Shown here one piece after another: positions 26,595-36,158 of a DNA stretch of 64,000 nucleotides (position 1 is the first letter of the stretch; each line of letters begins with the position of its first letter). The DNA is from Candidatus Avispirillum sp. (lineage in GTDB: Bacteria > Bacillota > Clostridia > Oscillospirales > CAG-272), in assembly GCA_045656825.1 (NCBI GenBank), contig JAZORY010000056.1:34424-98423 (forward strand), read 5' to 3'. Position numbers and translations under genes: made by a program. A model generated the notes under the pieces. It ran no database searches, was not told the DNA's origin, and worked only from the letters and a program-made list of their open reading frames with translations.

Positions 26595-28754
26595 TCAGGA
26601 CATATTGCTTTCAACCGTTGCAACGATTCCCATATCTCGAAGCACCTGATGAAATTCATATTCAAGCTCTGATTCTTCAATGTTTCTTATAAAGTTGATA
26701 TAGATCGTATCTCCCAGAGAAACAACGCCGCAATTATGAGGAGCTGATGCCTGCGGTCCTAAAATAAAGTCAATACGATCAACGTATTCCTCCATAGGAG
26801 ACGGAAGCTTCACTGCACCAAGGTTTGAAAGCGACAAGCAGGACTTACACTCGCCAACGGCGTTGAACACTGCCTTCATAACCAGATTCTTTATGAACAG
26901 CGGCATCATTTTAACTATAAACATCTTTTCGCTGTCAACGTTCGTTGCAATCATTTTACTCATATGCTTGGCATTGACCTCAAGTCCCATATGATGATGG
27001 ACCACCTTGCAGATCTCTTCAAAGGTGTATTCGCCAAGCCTTGCATCTATTTCTGGAGTTGTATACAAAGCAAAATTTCTTAGGCTCTTGCTACTAAACA
27101 ATCTGCGAAGATTTACGGGAATAAGCACCTTTACGGGCTTTCTCTTCTTTCTGTCGGGAATCTTCTTTGCCTGCACCTGAAGCAACGCCTGCATCATAAC
27201 TGCGCATAAAAATGCTGTCAGGCTGACGTTATATTTATGCGACATCTGCAAAACCTCAGCCACGGGAAGCTTAAAGCAGGTCAGATGAAGGAATCCATCC
27301 TTCGTCGGAGTGCCGCTAAGGTGCCATGCCGTGTTCTCTCTTCTTGAGGCTGCAACGTCTCCGGAATACTTGAGGAAGCTATCCTCCAGCTCATCCTCCG
27401 TCGGCTCCTCCAATCTGCCAAGCACTCCGTTTTCGGCAGGCACGTAAACTCCATATTTCTGCTGAATATATTCAGCAAGCAGAGTTTTAAGGAAAACGAG
27501 AGCTCCGTTTCCATCAGTCAAAGAATGGAAAGTTTCTATGGCAATTCTTTTTTTATAAAACTTAACTCGAAGCGCACACTGCGAGGTTTCCTTTTTTGAC
27601 ATTCTGTCAAGAGGATAGCTATTTTCCTCTCTTAATTCAGGCACCTCGGAAAGCTCTTCAAGATAATACCAGAAGGCTCCCTTTCTTAGTCTGGCGGCAA
27701 TGGACGGAAAGCGTCTGACCGTTACGTCCAATGCACTTTGAAGAACGTCGCGGTCAACGTCCTCCTTCAAGGTTGCGGAAAGTCGGAAAACGTTGCTCCA
27801 GCTATTGCTTCTTGCTGCCGGATATATCTTTGCCGCATTGTCAAGTCTGAGCCAGCGAAGCTTTTTCTCCTTTGAGAAATGCGCGTTGAAAAATCTGTTT
27901 ATTTCGCTGAAATCCTCGTTATTTTCGCTCAATCCGTAAAGAAGATATGCATGCCACATACCCGGAGCTATTCTCAGTCTGCTTTCGCATCTGGATGCAA
28001 TAAGCTTTCTGTGAAGTCCAACCGAATCATCAAGCATTATTTCATTTTCACCTGCAAAGATTGCAGACGGAGGCATACCTGAAAGATTTGCACGATAAGG
28101 AGAAGCAAGGGGATTTGTGGGATCGTCCGTATAAGAATCAGCAAAAAACTGAAGGGACTTTTTCGTCATTGAAGGATCAACGTCCTTGTTTGATTCGTAA
28201 GTATTTCCGGACATAGTCAGGTCGACCCAGGGAGAAATCGCAACTATTGAGCAAGGCAGCTTTATACCAAGAGTTCTCAGCTTAAGGCACAAGGAATAGC
28301 ACAGCCCTCCTCCTGCGCTTTCACCGCAAAGTGCTATATTCTCGGGAGAATATCCCTTTTCGATCAAATATTTATACGCTGTTACACAGTCGTCAAGAGC
28401 TGCAGGAAATTTATTTTCAGGAGCAAGACGATAGGCTACTGCAAACACCTTTACTCCACATTCCACGGCAAGTGTTGAACCAAATCCCTTGGAATATTCA
28501 AGCTCTCCTGCAGTAAAACCGCCACCGTGAAGATACAGGACCACGCCCTGTCTTCTCTCATCCTTAGGAAGAATCCACGCGCCCTTAAAGCACTCGAATT
28601 CATGCTCCTTTATTATAACTCTATCGCTCTGACGCGCGCCCATCAGCTCTCCGATCTTCTCCTGCGCACGACGCGTGGTTTCAAGCGAAGCAACGTCAAG
28701 CAGGGGCTTTAATAACGCCAGCTGTTTTCTTATTGACTTAGCGGAAAATGCCAT
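26595..28754 (-). CDS. Fusion protein: family-IV (HSL-type) alpha/beta-hydrolase esterase plus a condensation/PapA5-like acyltransferase domain
   Basis: The N-terminal roughly 300 aa carry HGGGF (oxyanion hole), GESAGG (nucleophile elbow), a candidate acid residue (DDS) and a candidate His (MWHAY). The C-terminal roughly 400 aa start at LRLDNAAKIYPA and carry the HSLTDGNG (HxxxDG) acyltransferase motif. Confidence 0.75.
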   Translation of the reverse strand: MAFSAKSIRKQLALLKPLLDVASLETTRRAQEKIGELMGARQSDRVIIKEHEFECFKGAWILPKDERRQGVVLYLHGGGFTAGELEYSKGFGSTLAVECGVKVFAVAYRLAPENKFPAALDDCVTAYKYLIEKGYSPENIALCGESAGGGLCYSLCLKLRTLGIKLPCSIVAISPWVDLTMSGNTYESNKDVDPSMTKKSLQFFADSYTDDPTNPLASPYRANLSGMPPSAIFAGENEIMLDDSVGLHRKLIASRCESRLRIAPGMWHAYLLYGLSENNEDFSEINRFFNAHFSKEKKLRWLRLDNAAKIYPAARSNSWSNVFRLSATLKEDVDRDVLQSALDVTVRRFPSIAARLRKGAFWYYLEELSEVPELREENSYPLDRMSKKETSQCALRVKFYKKRIAIETFHSLTDGNGALVFLKTLLAEYIQQKYGVYVPAENGVLGRLEEPTEDELEDSFLKYSGDVAASRRENTAWHLSGTPTKDGFLHLTCFKLPVAEVLQMSHKYNVSLTAFLCAVMMQALLQVQAKKIPDRKKRKPVKVLIPVNLRRLFSSKSLRNFALYTTPEIDARLGEYTFEEICKVVHHHMGLEVNAKHMSKMIATNVDSEKMFIVKMMPLFIKNLVMKAVFNAVGECKSCLSLSNLGAVKLPSPMEEYVDRIDFILGPQASAPHNCGVVSLGDTIYINFIRNIEESELEYEFHQVLRDMGIVATVESNMS

Positions 28755-28841
28755 ATCCCTGCATCCCTTCTTTTATACTGTGTTCATTTTACCACACAAT
28801 CGTTTTTTTGGCAACCCGATGTTTTTCAGGTAGCTGAAAGC

Positions 28842-28869
28842 AAAAAAGCGTTCAATTGAACGCTTTTTT
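28842..28869. terminator. Hairpin terminator overlapping the stop of gene 28868..29578
   Basis: The sequence is aaaaAAGCGTTCaattGAACGCTTtttt. Confidence 0.75.
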
Positions 28870-29578
28870 ATAAATAATAGTTTATCATATCGATTTTGAC
28901 TTCGCCGTTTTCCTCAACCAAGACAAAATACAGAGTTTTCGCCGAATCGCTGCCTATATCGTTTCTGAAGGTTCCGTTATTCTTGTATATTCTGTACGTT
29001 ACGTTGTAAGCATAATTCGTTCTGCCGTTTTCGTATTTTTCACTCAGCTTCTCAATGGTTATATCATAAATCATCTGAGGCGCAAAGCTGATATAAGGCT
29101 CGTTGGACTTATAATAGTTCTCAGTGAACATATCGTTATATTCCTTATATCTTCCGTTGATAGCCGCATCAAAATAATCAAAGAAAAACTCTATGTCCGG
29201 GGATTTCTTTTCGTCTTCATCAATAGCGTACCTTTCTCCGCCCTTTTTGAAATATATAAGGCGGTTAAGCTCCATATACTCGGGAACACTTGTTACGTCA
29301 AGATTGTAATCAGGCTTGTAATAGCTATAACTACCGTCGCTTCCGTACATGCCAAGGGTTTCATTAAATGCCTTTTGTGCATAAGGCTCAAGGGCGAGCA
29401 ACACACCGCTGATTATACCAACTGCCGCAAAAATCGCAACACCTACGATCATTTTCTTCTTTTTTGTCTTTTTCTTAAAGGCTGCCTCTTCCTCTTCGCT
29501 CATAACGGGAGCACCCTGCGGAAGATTTCCATCGTCTATTTCAGGCATTTCAACGTTTATCTTTTCTTTATCGATCAT
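28868..29578 (-). CDS. Hypothetical single-pass membrane protein
   Basis: 236-aa ORF with an acidic/K-rich N-terminus, one TM helix (MIVGVAIFAAVGIISGVLLAL) and a Y/N/K-rich extracytoplasmic domain. I recognise no family. Confidence 0.55.
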   Translation of the reverse strand: MIDKEKINVEMPEIDDGNLPQGAPVMSEEEEAAFKKKTKKKKMIVGVAIFAAVGIISGVLLALEPYAQKAFNETLGMYGSDGSYSYYKPDYNLDVTSVPEYMELNRLIYFKKGGERYAIDEDEKKSPDIEFFFDYFDAAINGRYKEYNDMFTENYYKSNEPYISFAPQMIYDITIEKLSEKYENGRTNYAYNVTYRIYKNNGTFRNDIGSDSAKTLYFVLVEENGEVKIDMINYYL

Positions 29579-29653
29579 TTTAACCTCCGCTTATAAAAAG
29601 CATATCAACTTATAACAGTATATACCATACGGAGAATTTTTTCAAGCTATTTA

Positions 29654-30595
29654 TTAAACCAGCAAGGGAAAGGAAAACAGCATCCTTCTTATATCCGAAT
29701 ATATTTTATAAAAATCAGATATTGGCAAGGGGGATTCACCCAGTCCGCACTCAATTGTAAAGGAGGGTTTCCCCATCTCCTTTATATACCAATCTCTCAA
29801 GCCTCCGTATGACGCAAGGCCTCTTGGATCATCAAGAGAATAGCCTGAAAGCAGCTCCATTTGCTTGGCTATTGAATAAGCTCCGGCAGGACATTTTCCA
29901 CCGCTGGTATAATATATTTTTTCTCCCTGAGAATGAAGAGAAACAACTGCCTTTATTTTGTCGTTAAACCGAAGATAATTTGCAACCGCCCCCGTCTCGC
30001 TTTCTGATTCGGGAGCGACACCGGAATATCTCGCTGCTCCTGCTTCTATCCCCTCAGATGCTTCAATTTGCTTATATTCATAAAATCCCGCATCATAATT
30101 ATGATTAAGATCCACTCCCCTTGCATTCGCCTGCCACCTTGAAAAATCTCCGCCGCTCATCTTCATAAGCCGTTCATACAGAACACAGCTCTCCTCCAAT
30201 CCGTTAAGGTGCAGATCAGCTCCGTCAAAATTCAGGCACGGAACTATGTGTATGCATCTGCTTTGATAAAGCTTTCTGACGCTTATTCCAAAGGCGTTGG
30301 CAGCACCCTTATAATATTCACAATATTCATTTATAAACCGAAGCAAAAGCAAGGCTGTGATCCATTCCGTTGCATGATGACAGCCAACGTAAAACACGTC
30401 CTTCTCCGCCTCGGGAGATCCTATATCGATCATATATATGCTTTTCCCCAAGGTTGTTTCTCCAATAGAGGTTACACCTATAAAATCATATCTGGATGCA
30501 AATATATTGATTATATTTCGAACACTTTCATAATCAGGATATATCTTCATATCGATAAGCGGACGCTGCGCATCAATAATATTATTTCGTTTCAT
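29654..30595 (-). CDS. M14 family zinc carboxypeptidase (gamma-D-glutamyl-diamino-acid peptidase-like)
   Basis: The HxxE zinc site is in GCHHATEWITA and a second His ligand is in SLHSQGEKIYY. Length and layout resemble Bacillus YqgT/ENP1-type peptidoglycan peptidases. Confidence 0.75.
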   Translation of the reverse strand: MKRNNIIDAQRPLIDMKIYPDYESVRNIINIFASRYDFIGVTSIGETTLGKSIYMIDIGSPEAEKDVFYVGCHHATEWITALLLLRFINEYCEYYKGAANAFGISVRKLYQSRCIHIVPCLNFDGADLHLNGLEESCVLYERLMKMSGGDFSRWQANARGVDLNHNYDAGFYEYKQIEASEGIEAGAARYSGVAPESESETGAVANYLRFNDKIKAVVSLHSQGEKIYYTSGGKCPAGAYSIAKQMELLSGYSLDDPRGLASYGGLRDWYIKEMGKPSFTIECGLGESPLPISDFYKIYSDIRRMLFSFPLLV

Positions 30596-30738
30596 TATTC
30601 TTTCCTTTCACCATCTGTTATAATTGATTTATATTTACAAGAGGTGCTCCTTATGCGCATCAAATATTTACAAATGAGTTCTTGTAATATTTAATGAGAT
30701 ATGATAGAATAAATAAAATTTATTTATAATGGATCATT

Positions 30739-31485
30739 ATGGAACAAATTAAAAAACGATTTTATCTCGGCTTTACGTTGATGCCGTTTATTTCTCTGCT
30801 TATTGCCAAAGCATTGTATATATTTGCTTCAATAACAGCCTCTGATATATACTACACAGGCGCCTCCTCAATTTTTCTGAGGCTCCTTCCTCACATATGT
30901 AAATACGGATATTTATTATTCGACCAGCTATTTGTCGGAGCAAGCGTTGCAGCAATCATATATTCCATAACCTATTTTGGAAAAAAGACTGCTGTAAAGG
31001 CATTGATTTCTTCGCTCGTGATATATTTATTAACCTTTATGGCGGAGCTTTCATACAACCTTGTACGAAACAGCCTTTCAATAGCTCACCTGACCGCATC
31101 CGTTCTGGCTATGCTTTCAGAGCTTCTGTTTTTTGCAGCCATACTTGTTGTGGCAATCCCTTGTGCCGTGCTCTTTTTGAACAAAAGCTTTACCAGCAGA
31201 AGAAGAAACCGACTTAATCTGTTCTCTGTTTACCGCGCAGCTGTTCTTCCAATCGGAGTTTCCGCACTTGTCAGAATATTTGACATTACGTTTTTCAACG
31301 TTATTCCCTTTCTTCGCGAATACGATGATATTCGCTCGGATGAGATCGTGGACATCGTGCTGGACTACGCCTACTACATAGGAGTTCACTTTATCCTCAC
31401 GCTTATTACGGCAACCATCGCTCTCGCCATATTCAAAAAACTCACAGGCGCTCTCAAGCCTAAATTCACAGGAGACACAAAATGA
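30739..31485 (+). CDS. Hypothetical polytopic membrane protein
   Basis: 248 aa with about 6 TM helices. A 4-nt ATGA overlap joins it to the downstream lipoprotein gene. Confidence 0.55.
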   Translation: MEQIKKRFYLGFTLMPFISLLIAKALYIFASITASDIYYTGASSIFLRLLPHICKYGYLLFDQLFVGASVAAIIYSITYFGKKTAVKALISSLVIYLLTFMAELSYNLVRNSLSIAHLTASVLAMLSELLFFAAILVVAIPCAVLFLNKSFTSRRRNRLNLFSVYRAAVLPIGVSALVRIFDITFFNVIPFLREYDDIRSDEIVDIVLDYAYYIGVHFILTLITATIALAIFKKLTGALKPKFTGDTK

Positions 31486-32621
31486 AAAAAATTATTTCCC
31501 TCGCTTTAGCAATTGTTTTCGTTGCACTTTGCCTCAGCGGATGCCAAAATGCCAAATACAGAAAATACGACAGCACGGGAGAGCGCTACGACTGCTATCT
31601 TCCCGACTACATCGACGTTCCCAACTATAATAACTTCGAGGTTCCCAATCTGGTTTTCTCCGCATCAAACGAATTCATCCAGAAAAAGCTTGACCACGAC
31701 CGTTCACTTTATTCTCCCGATTCCTACACTCCTGAACTGGGTGCCGAATATTGCGACACGGCAGATATCGTTACTGAAGCTTACGTTGACGGAAAGATAT
31801 ACGATCTTTATACCTTCAAGCTTGACAACAGAAATCAAGGAAAAAGCATTGTTGTTGGCTGCAACGACCTTGACGTTCCCGAAATCGACGAAGCGATTTA
31901 CGGAATGAAGGAGGGCGAAACAAAAACCATCACCTTCAATCTTCCCGACCCCTTTTTCCGCTCACTTAAAATGTCCGGCAAAGAGGTTACAATGAAAATA
32001 ACTCTTAATTCTCTTTACAACGTTGAGCTTGTTGAGGAAACAGACGATTTCTTCTTTGAGCACTTCGGCTACACCATCAATGAATATCGCGCATACTACA
32101 CCAAGAGCTACGAAGACGAATACAACGGCTTCATTGAAGATTATAAGTCCGATCTCGTTTGGGAATATATCTACAACAACTCCGTTGTTAAAAAATATCC
32201 TGAGGAGCTTGATGAAATCTATAACGGTATGCTGAACTCTTATCGCAGTACAGCTAAGGACAGCGGAACCAATCTTGTTGATTACGTTGAAAATACTCTC
32301 AAATACAAGAACATTGAGGATTTCTATGCAGACCTTAAAGAATCTGCCAAGGACACCTGCAAAAAGGAAATGATCAATTATTACATAGCTCGTTGCGAAA
32401 ACCTCAAATACACCGACGAATACTATGAAACTGAGCTTCTCGAATTTGCAAAAAATTATGAAATAACTGATTTTAACGATGCAGAATCCTTCGCCCACTT
32501 TATGTATGGTCTTGACAACTTCAAGGAAAGGGTTCAGAACAACTACGTTTACGACTGGCTCGGCAGTAACGCCAAGCTGCGCGAGGACGTTACAACGTAT
32601 ATAAACGATCTTAACAAATAA
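31482..32621 (+). CDS. Lipoprotein with trigger-factor/FKBP-like features
   Basis: The lipobox is in MKKIISLALAIVFVALCLSGC. GMKEGETKTITFNLPDPF resembles the trigger-factor PPIase-domain motif. The C-terminal helical region is rich in Y/E/K. The assignment is tentative. Confidence 0.55.
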   Translation: MKKIISLALAIVFVALCLSGCQNAKYRKYDSTGERYDCYLPDYIDVPNYNNFEVPNLVFSASNEFIQKKLDHDRSLYSPDSYTPELGAEYCDTADIVTEAYVDGKIYDLYTFKLDNRNQGKSIVVGCNDLDVPEIDEAIYGMKEGETKTITFNLPDPFFRSLKMSGKEVTMKITLNSLYNVELVEETDDFFFEHFGYTINEYRAYYTKSYEDEYNGFIEDYKSDLVWEYIYNNSVVKKYPEELDEIYNGMLNSYRSTAKDSGTNLVDYVENTLKYKNIEDFYADLKESAKDTCKKEMINYYIARCENLKYTDEYYETELLEFAKNYEITDFNDAESFAHFMYGLDNFKERVQNNYVYDWLGSNAKLREDVTTYINDLNK

Positions 32622-32658
32622 AAAGTATGACCGCACTATTGCGGTCATACTTTTATAT
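32621..32658 (+). terminator. Rho-independent terminator (14-bp stem)
   Basis: The sequence is AAAAGTATGACCGCactattGCGGTCATACTTTT. It lies inside the 5' extension of the track ORF 32627..35158. Confidence 0.8.
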
Positions 32659-32677
32659 TCAAACTCTCGGAGTTACT

Positions 32678-35158
32678 ATGATAAACGAAAATTTGAAATT
32701 ACAATTTACAGTTCTGAAAAGAAAGCTTTTTGATAAATACTATGATAAGCTGAACGATTGCCAGAGAGATGCAGTTTACTCGGTAAACGGTCCCCTTCTG
32801 ATCCTTGCAGGCGCGGGAAGCGGAAAAACCACCGTTCTCGTCAACAGACTTTCTCACATCATTCGTTACGGTAATGCATACAATACAGACTTTGTGCCTG
32901 ACTTTGTTTGCGATGCGGTTATCGCAGATATGAACGCCGCTCTTTCTCTTTCAGGCGAAGAGCTTGGCGAATATCTTACAAGGTTCACCTATCAGGCACC
33001 TCCTGCCTGGGCTGTACTCGCGGTTACGTTCACAAACAAGGCCGCAAACGAAATAAAGGCACGAATCGCATCAAAATTCGGCGAAGACTCCGATGAGGTG
33101 CGCGATATATGGACGGGTACCTTCCACTCCGTTTGCATGCGAATTCTCCGCCGCTACGGAAGCCTTGTCGGCTATCGCGACGGCTTTGGTATTGCTGACA
33201 CCAACGATCAGAAAAAGCTAATTGAGGATTGCATGAAGCAGCTCAAGATCGACACGAAGAATCTTGCTGCAAAGGCTGTTATTTCAGAAATAAGCCACGC
33301 TAAAGACAAGCTGATGACGCCTGAAGATTACGAAGCCTATGCAGGAAGCGACTTCAGACTCAAAAAAATTGCTTCTGTTTACTCAATGTATCAGGAAAGA
33401 CTGTTCAAATCAAATCTTCTTGATTTTGACGATATTATTATGCAGACCGTCCGACTTCTTTCTGAAAACGAGGCTGTGAGAAATAATCTTCAGAACCGCT
33501 TCAGCTATATCTCTATCGACGAGTATCAGGACACTAACCCTGCTCAGTTCAAGCTGGTTACGCTCCTTGCAGGACTGCACAAAAACATTATGGTCGTTGG
33601 CGACGATGACCAGTCTATCTACAAATTCCGCGGAGCAACGATCGAGAATATTCTCACCTTTGACAGAACATATACGGATGCTAAGGTTGTGAAGCTTGAG
33701 CAGAATTATCGCTCCACAAAAACTATTCTTGACGCTGCAAATGCAGTTATTGCCAAAAACACTGAGCGCAAGGGCAAAAAGCTTTGGACAGAGGGAGCTC
33801 GCGGCGACTCCATCAATATGGTCAAGCTTCAGACACAGCTTGATGAGGCCAGATATATTTCAGACACCGTTTCAAGTCTTCACGAGCAGGGCGAATCCTT
33901 CCGCGACTTTGCAGTTCTTTACAGAACAAATGCAATGTCCCGCGCAATTGAGCAGGCATTTGCCAAAAGCGGTATTCCCTATCGTATGCTGGGATCACTG
34001 CGCTTTTTTGACCGTGCAGAAATCAAGGATATCCTTTCATATCTTGCAGTTATAAACAATCCCGATGATAGCGTTCGTCTTCGCCGAATAATCAATATGC
34101 CCAAGCGAGGAATCGGCGAAAAAAGCATCGGCGCGGCTGAAGCTATCGCTTATGCCGAGGGAACAACTCTTCTTTCTGTGATGAGACGCGCCAATAGCTA
34201 CGTTGCTATTCCCAAAGGCGCTGCATCTTCAATGGTGGCGCTGGCAGAAATGCTTGACAGCCTTCGTGCCTCAGCCTCTGAAATGAAGGTTTCTGCTCTT
34301 ATTGAAACTATCGCTGTCAAATCAGGCTACAATGCTATGCTTATGGCGGCAGGCGAAGAGGAAAAGGAACGCCTTGACAATATCGGAGAGCTTGTTTCAA
34401 CTGCAAAGCAATATGAAGAATCCGCCGCTCTGCCTACTATTTCAGAATTTCTCGAAGACGTTGCTCTTGTTTCCGATATCGACAGATACGATGAAACGGC
34501 AGACGCTGTCGTTCTTATGACCATCCACAGCGCAAAAGGACTTGAATTTCCTAAGGTGTTTCTTCCCGGCTGGGAGGAGGGTATCTTCCCCGGCTTCCAG
34601 ACCATTATGAACCCCGAGGAAATGGAAGAGGAACGCCGTCTTGCTTACGTTGCCATAACAAGAGCAAAGAAAACCCTGTGGATCACTCACGTTCACCAGA
34701 GAATGATGAACGGCTCCACTCAATATAACCAGAAATCTCGCTTTGCAGGAGAAATTCCTCCTTGGCTCGTTGCAGAGGACGACAGAACGTATAGCTCCTT
34801 TGGCTCCTACGGCTCTTATTCTCAAAGCAGCGAAAGAAGCTATCAGCAAAGCTACTCCACTCAGCTTCCCAAGAAAGCGGGTAATACACCTATTTACAAC
34901 CACGGAGGCGCAGGAAGCGGCTGGGGAACTGGCGCTGAACGCGCAGCCTATACGGGCAACGTTCCCTCTAAAAACGTTAAAATAAATGCAGGGCTTCCCT
35001 CATTTGACAAGGGCGACAGAGTTCGCCACGCAACCTTTGGAGCAGGTACAATCAAAAGCGCTCGTTCTATGGGCGGGGACACTCTCTACGAGGTTGAATT
35101 TGACACCGTCGGCACTAAAAAGCTTATGGCTTCCTTTGCCCGACTGAAAAAAGATTGA
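32678..35158 (+). CDS. pcrA: ATP-dependent DNA helicase PcrA (UvrD family)
   Basis: Walker A AGAGSGKTT is present, along with helicase motifs TFTNKAANE, DEYQDTN, VGDDDQSIYKFRGA, QNYRS and TIHSAKGLEF. I placed the start at ATG 32678 (MINENLK), after the terminator and a GGAG RBS. Confidence 0.9.
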   Translation: MINENLKLQFTVLKRKLFDKYYDKLNDCQRDAVYSVNGPLLILAGAGSGKTTVLVNRLSHIIRYGNAYNTDFVPDFVCDAVIADMNAALSLSGEELGEYLTRFTYQAPPAWAVLAVTFTNKAANEIKARIASKFGEDSDEVRDIWTGTFHSVCMRILRRYGSLVGYRDGFGIADTNDQKKLIEDCMKQLKIDTKNLAAKAVISEISHAKDKLMTPEDYEAYAGSDFRLKKIASVYSMYQERLFKSNLLDFDDIIMQTVRLLSENEAVRNNLQNRFSYISIDEYQDTNPAQFKLVTLLAGLHKNIMVVGDDDQSIYKFRGATIENILTFDRTYTDAKVVKLEQNYRSTKTILDAANAVIAKNTERKGKKLWTEGARGDSINMVKLQTQLDEARYISDTVSSLHEQGESFRDFAVLYRTNAMSRAIEQAFAKSGIPYRMLGSLRFFDRAEIKDILSYLAVINNPDDSVRLRRIINMPKRGIGEKSIGAAEAIAYAEGTTLLSVMRRANSYVAIPKGAASSMVALAEMLDSLRASASEMKVSALIETIAVKSGYNAMLMAAGEEEKERLDNIGELVSTAKQYEESAALPTISEFLEDVALVSDIDRYDETADAVVLMTIHSAKGLEFPKVFLPGWEEGIFPGFQTIMNPEEMEEERRLAYVAITRAKKTLWITHVHQRMMNGSTQYNQKSRFAGEIPPWLVAEDDRTYSSFGSYGSYSQSSERSYQQSYSTQLPKKAGNTPIYNHGGAGSGWGTGAERAAYTGNVPSKNVKINAGLPSFDKGDRVRHATFGAGTIKSARSMGGDTLYEVEFDTVGTKKLMASFARLKKD

Positions 35159-35171
35159 TACAGGAGAATTT

Positions 35172-36158
35172 ATGCTTCGAATCGTTCTTAATGAAAACGA
35201 CGGCGGACAGCGCCTTGATAAGTTTTTGCAGAAAACCGTGCGCGATCTGCCAATGTCTCTTATGTATAAATATATCCGCACCAAAAGAATCAAGGTGAAC
35301 GGCAAAAAGGCAAAGCAGGATATGAAGCTTGTCGCAGGAGATATTATTGAATTATATATCCCCGAAGAGTTCACCAGCGCGGAAAAGAAAACGAAAACAG
35401 ATATGTTTTCCGTTGTTACCGAAAAGCCTGACGTTGTTTACGAGGATGAAAATATCATCATCTGCGACAAGCGCCCCGGACTGCTTTCTCATACAGGCGA
35501 TAACGACGAAAACAATTCCTCTAATCTTTCCGAAAAGGATACTCTGATTTTCATTATTCAGGCCTATCTGAATGAAAAGGGAGAATACTCTCCCGAGGAC
35601 GAGGCTTCCTTTGCGCCCGCTCTTTGCAACAGAATAGACCGCAACACCGGCGGTCTTGTTATCGCGGCAAAGAACGCTATGGCTCTGAGAGAAATGAACA
35701 GACTTATCCGCGAGGGGAAGGTTAACAAGCAGTATCTCTGCGCTGTTCACGGCAGACCCAAACCTCCCTCTGCCACACTCAAGGGATTTCTTTTCAAAAA
35801 CTCAAAAACAAAAACTGTTACGGTTTATCGTGAAATGCGCCGCGGAGCTAAAGAGATCATCACATCCTATAAATCCTTGAAGCACAATTCTGAATTAAAC
35901 TTATCTTTGCTTGAGGTTACGCTTGGAACCGGTAGAACTCATCAGATAAGAGCTCATATGGCAAGCATCGGGCATCCTCTCCTTGGGGAAGGCAAATATG
36001 CCGAAAACAAAAACGACCGCAAGCTTGGCTATAAGCATCAGGCTCTTTATTCCTACAAGGTGTCCTTCAAAAACGCCGACGGAGAGCTTGAATACCTGAA
36101 CTCAAAGGTTTTTGAGGCTAAGAAGAAAAACATAAAATTTCTTGAGCTGTTCAAATGA
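35172..36158 (+). CDS. RluA family pseudouridine synthase (with N-terminal S4 domain)
   Basis: The catalytic motif NRIDRNTGGLV and the GRTHQIRAH motif are present. 328 aa. Confidence 0.85.
   Translation: MLRIVLNENDGGQRLDKFLQKTVRDLPMSLMYKYIRTKRIKVNGKKAKQDMKLVAGDIIELYIPEEFTSAEKKTKTDMFSVVTEKPDVVYEDENIIICDKRPGLLSHTGDNDENNSSNLSEKDTLIFIIQAYLNEKGEYSPEDEASFAPALCNRIDRNTGGLVIAAKNAMALREMNRLIREGKVNKQYLCAVHGRPKPPSATLKGFLFKNSKTKTVTVYREMRRGAKEIITSYKSLKHNSELNLSLLEVTLGTGRTHQIRAHMASIGHPLLGEGKYAENKNDRKLGYKHQALYSYKVSFKNADGELEYLNSKVFEAKKKNIKFLELFK

Noticed and set aside
31962-32648. 228-aa minus-strand ORF antisense to the lipoprotein gene
   Set aside because: It would begin inside the terminator at 32621-32658. 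The plus-strand gene has a lipobox signal peptide and is translationally coupled to its upstream neighbour.
32627-32677. Longer 5' extensions offered by the ORF track for pcrA (32627), the TipAS gene (13521), the phosphoesterase (21249), the DtxR-like gene (5390), spo0A (46634), hslO (54816) and others
   Set aside because: The pcrA, TipAS and phosphoesterase extensions would translate through terminator hairpins, and the DtxR-like and spo0A extensions begin at or upstream of the predicted promoters. All of them use non-ATG starts without an RBS. Downstream ATG/GTG codons with a Shine-Dalgarno sequence match the homolog N-termini.
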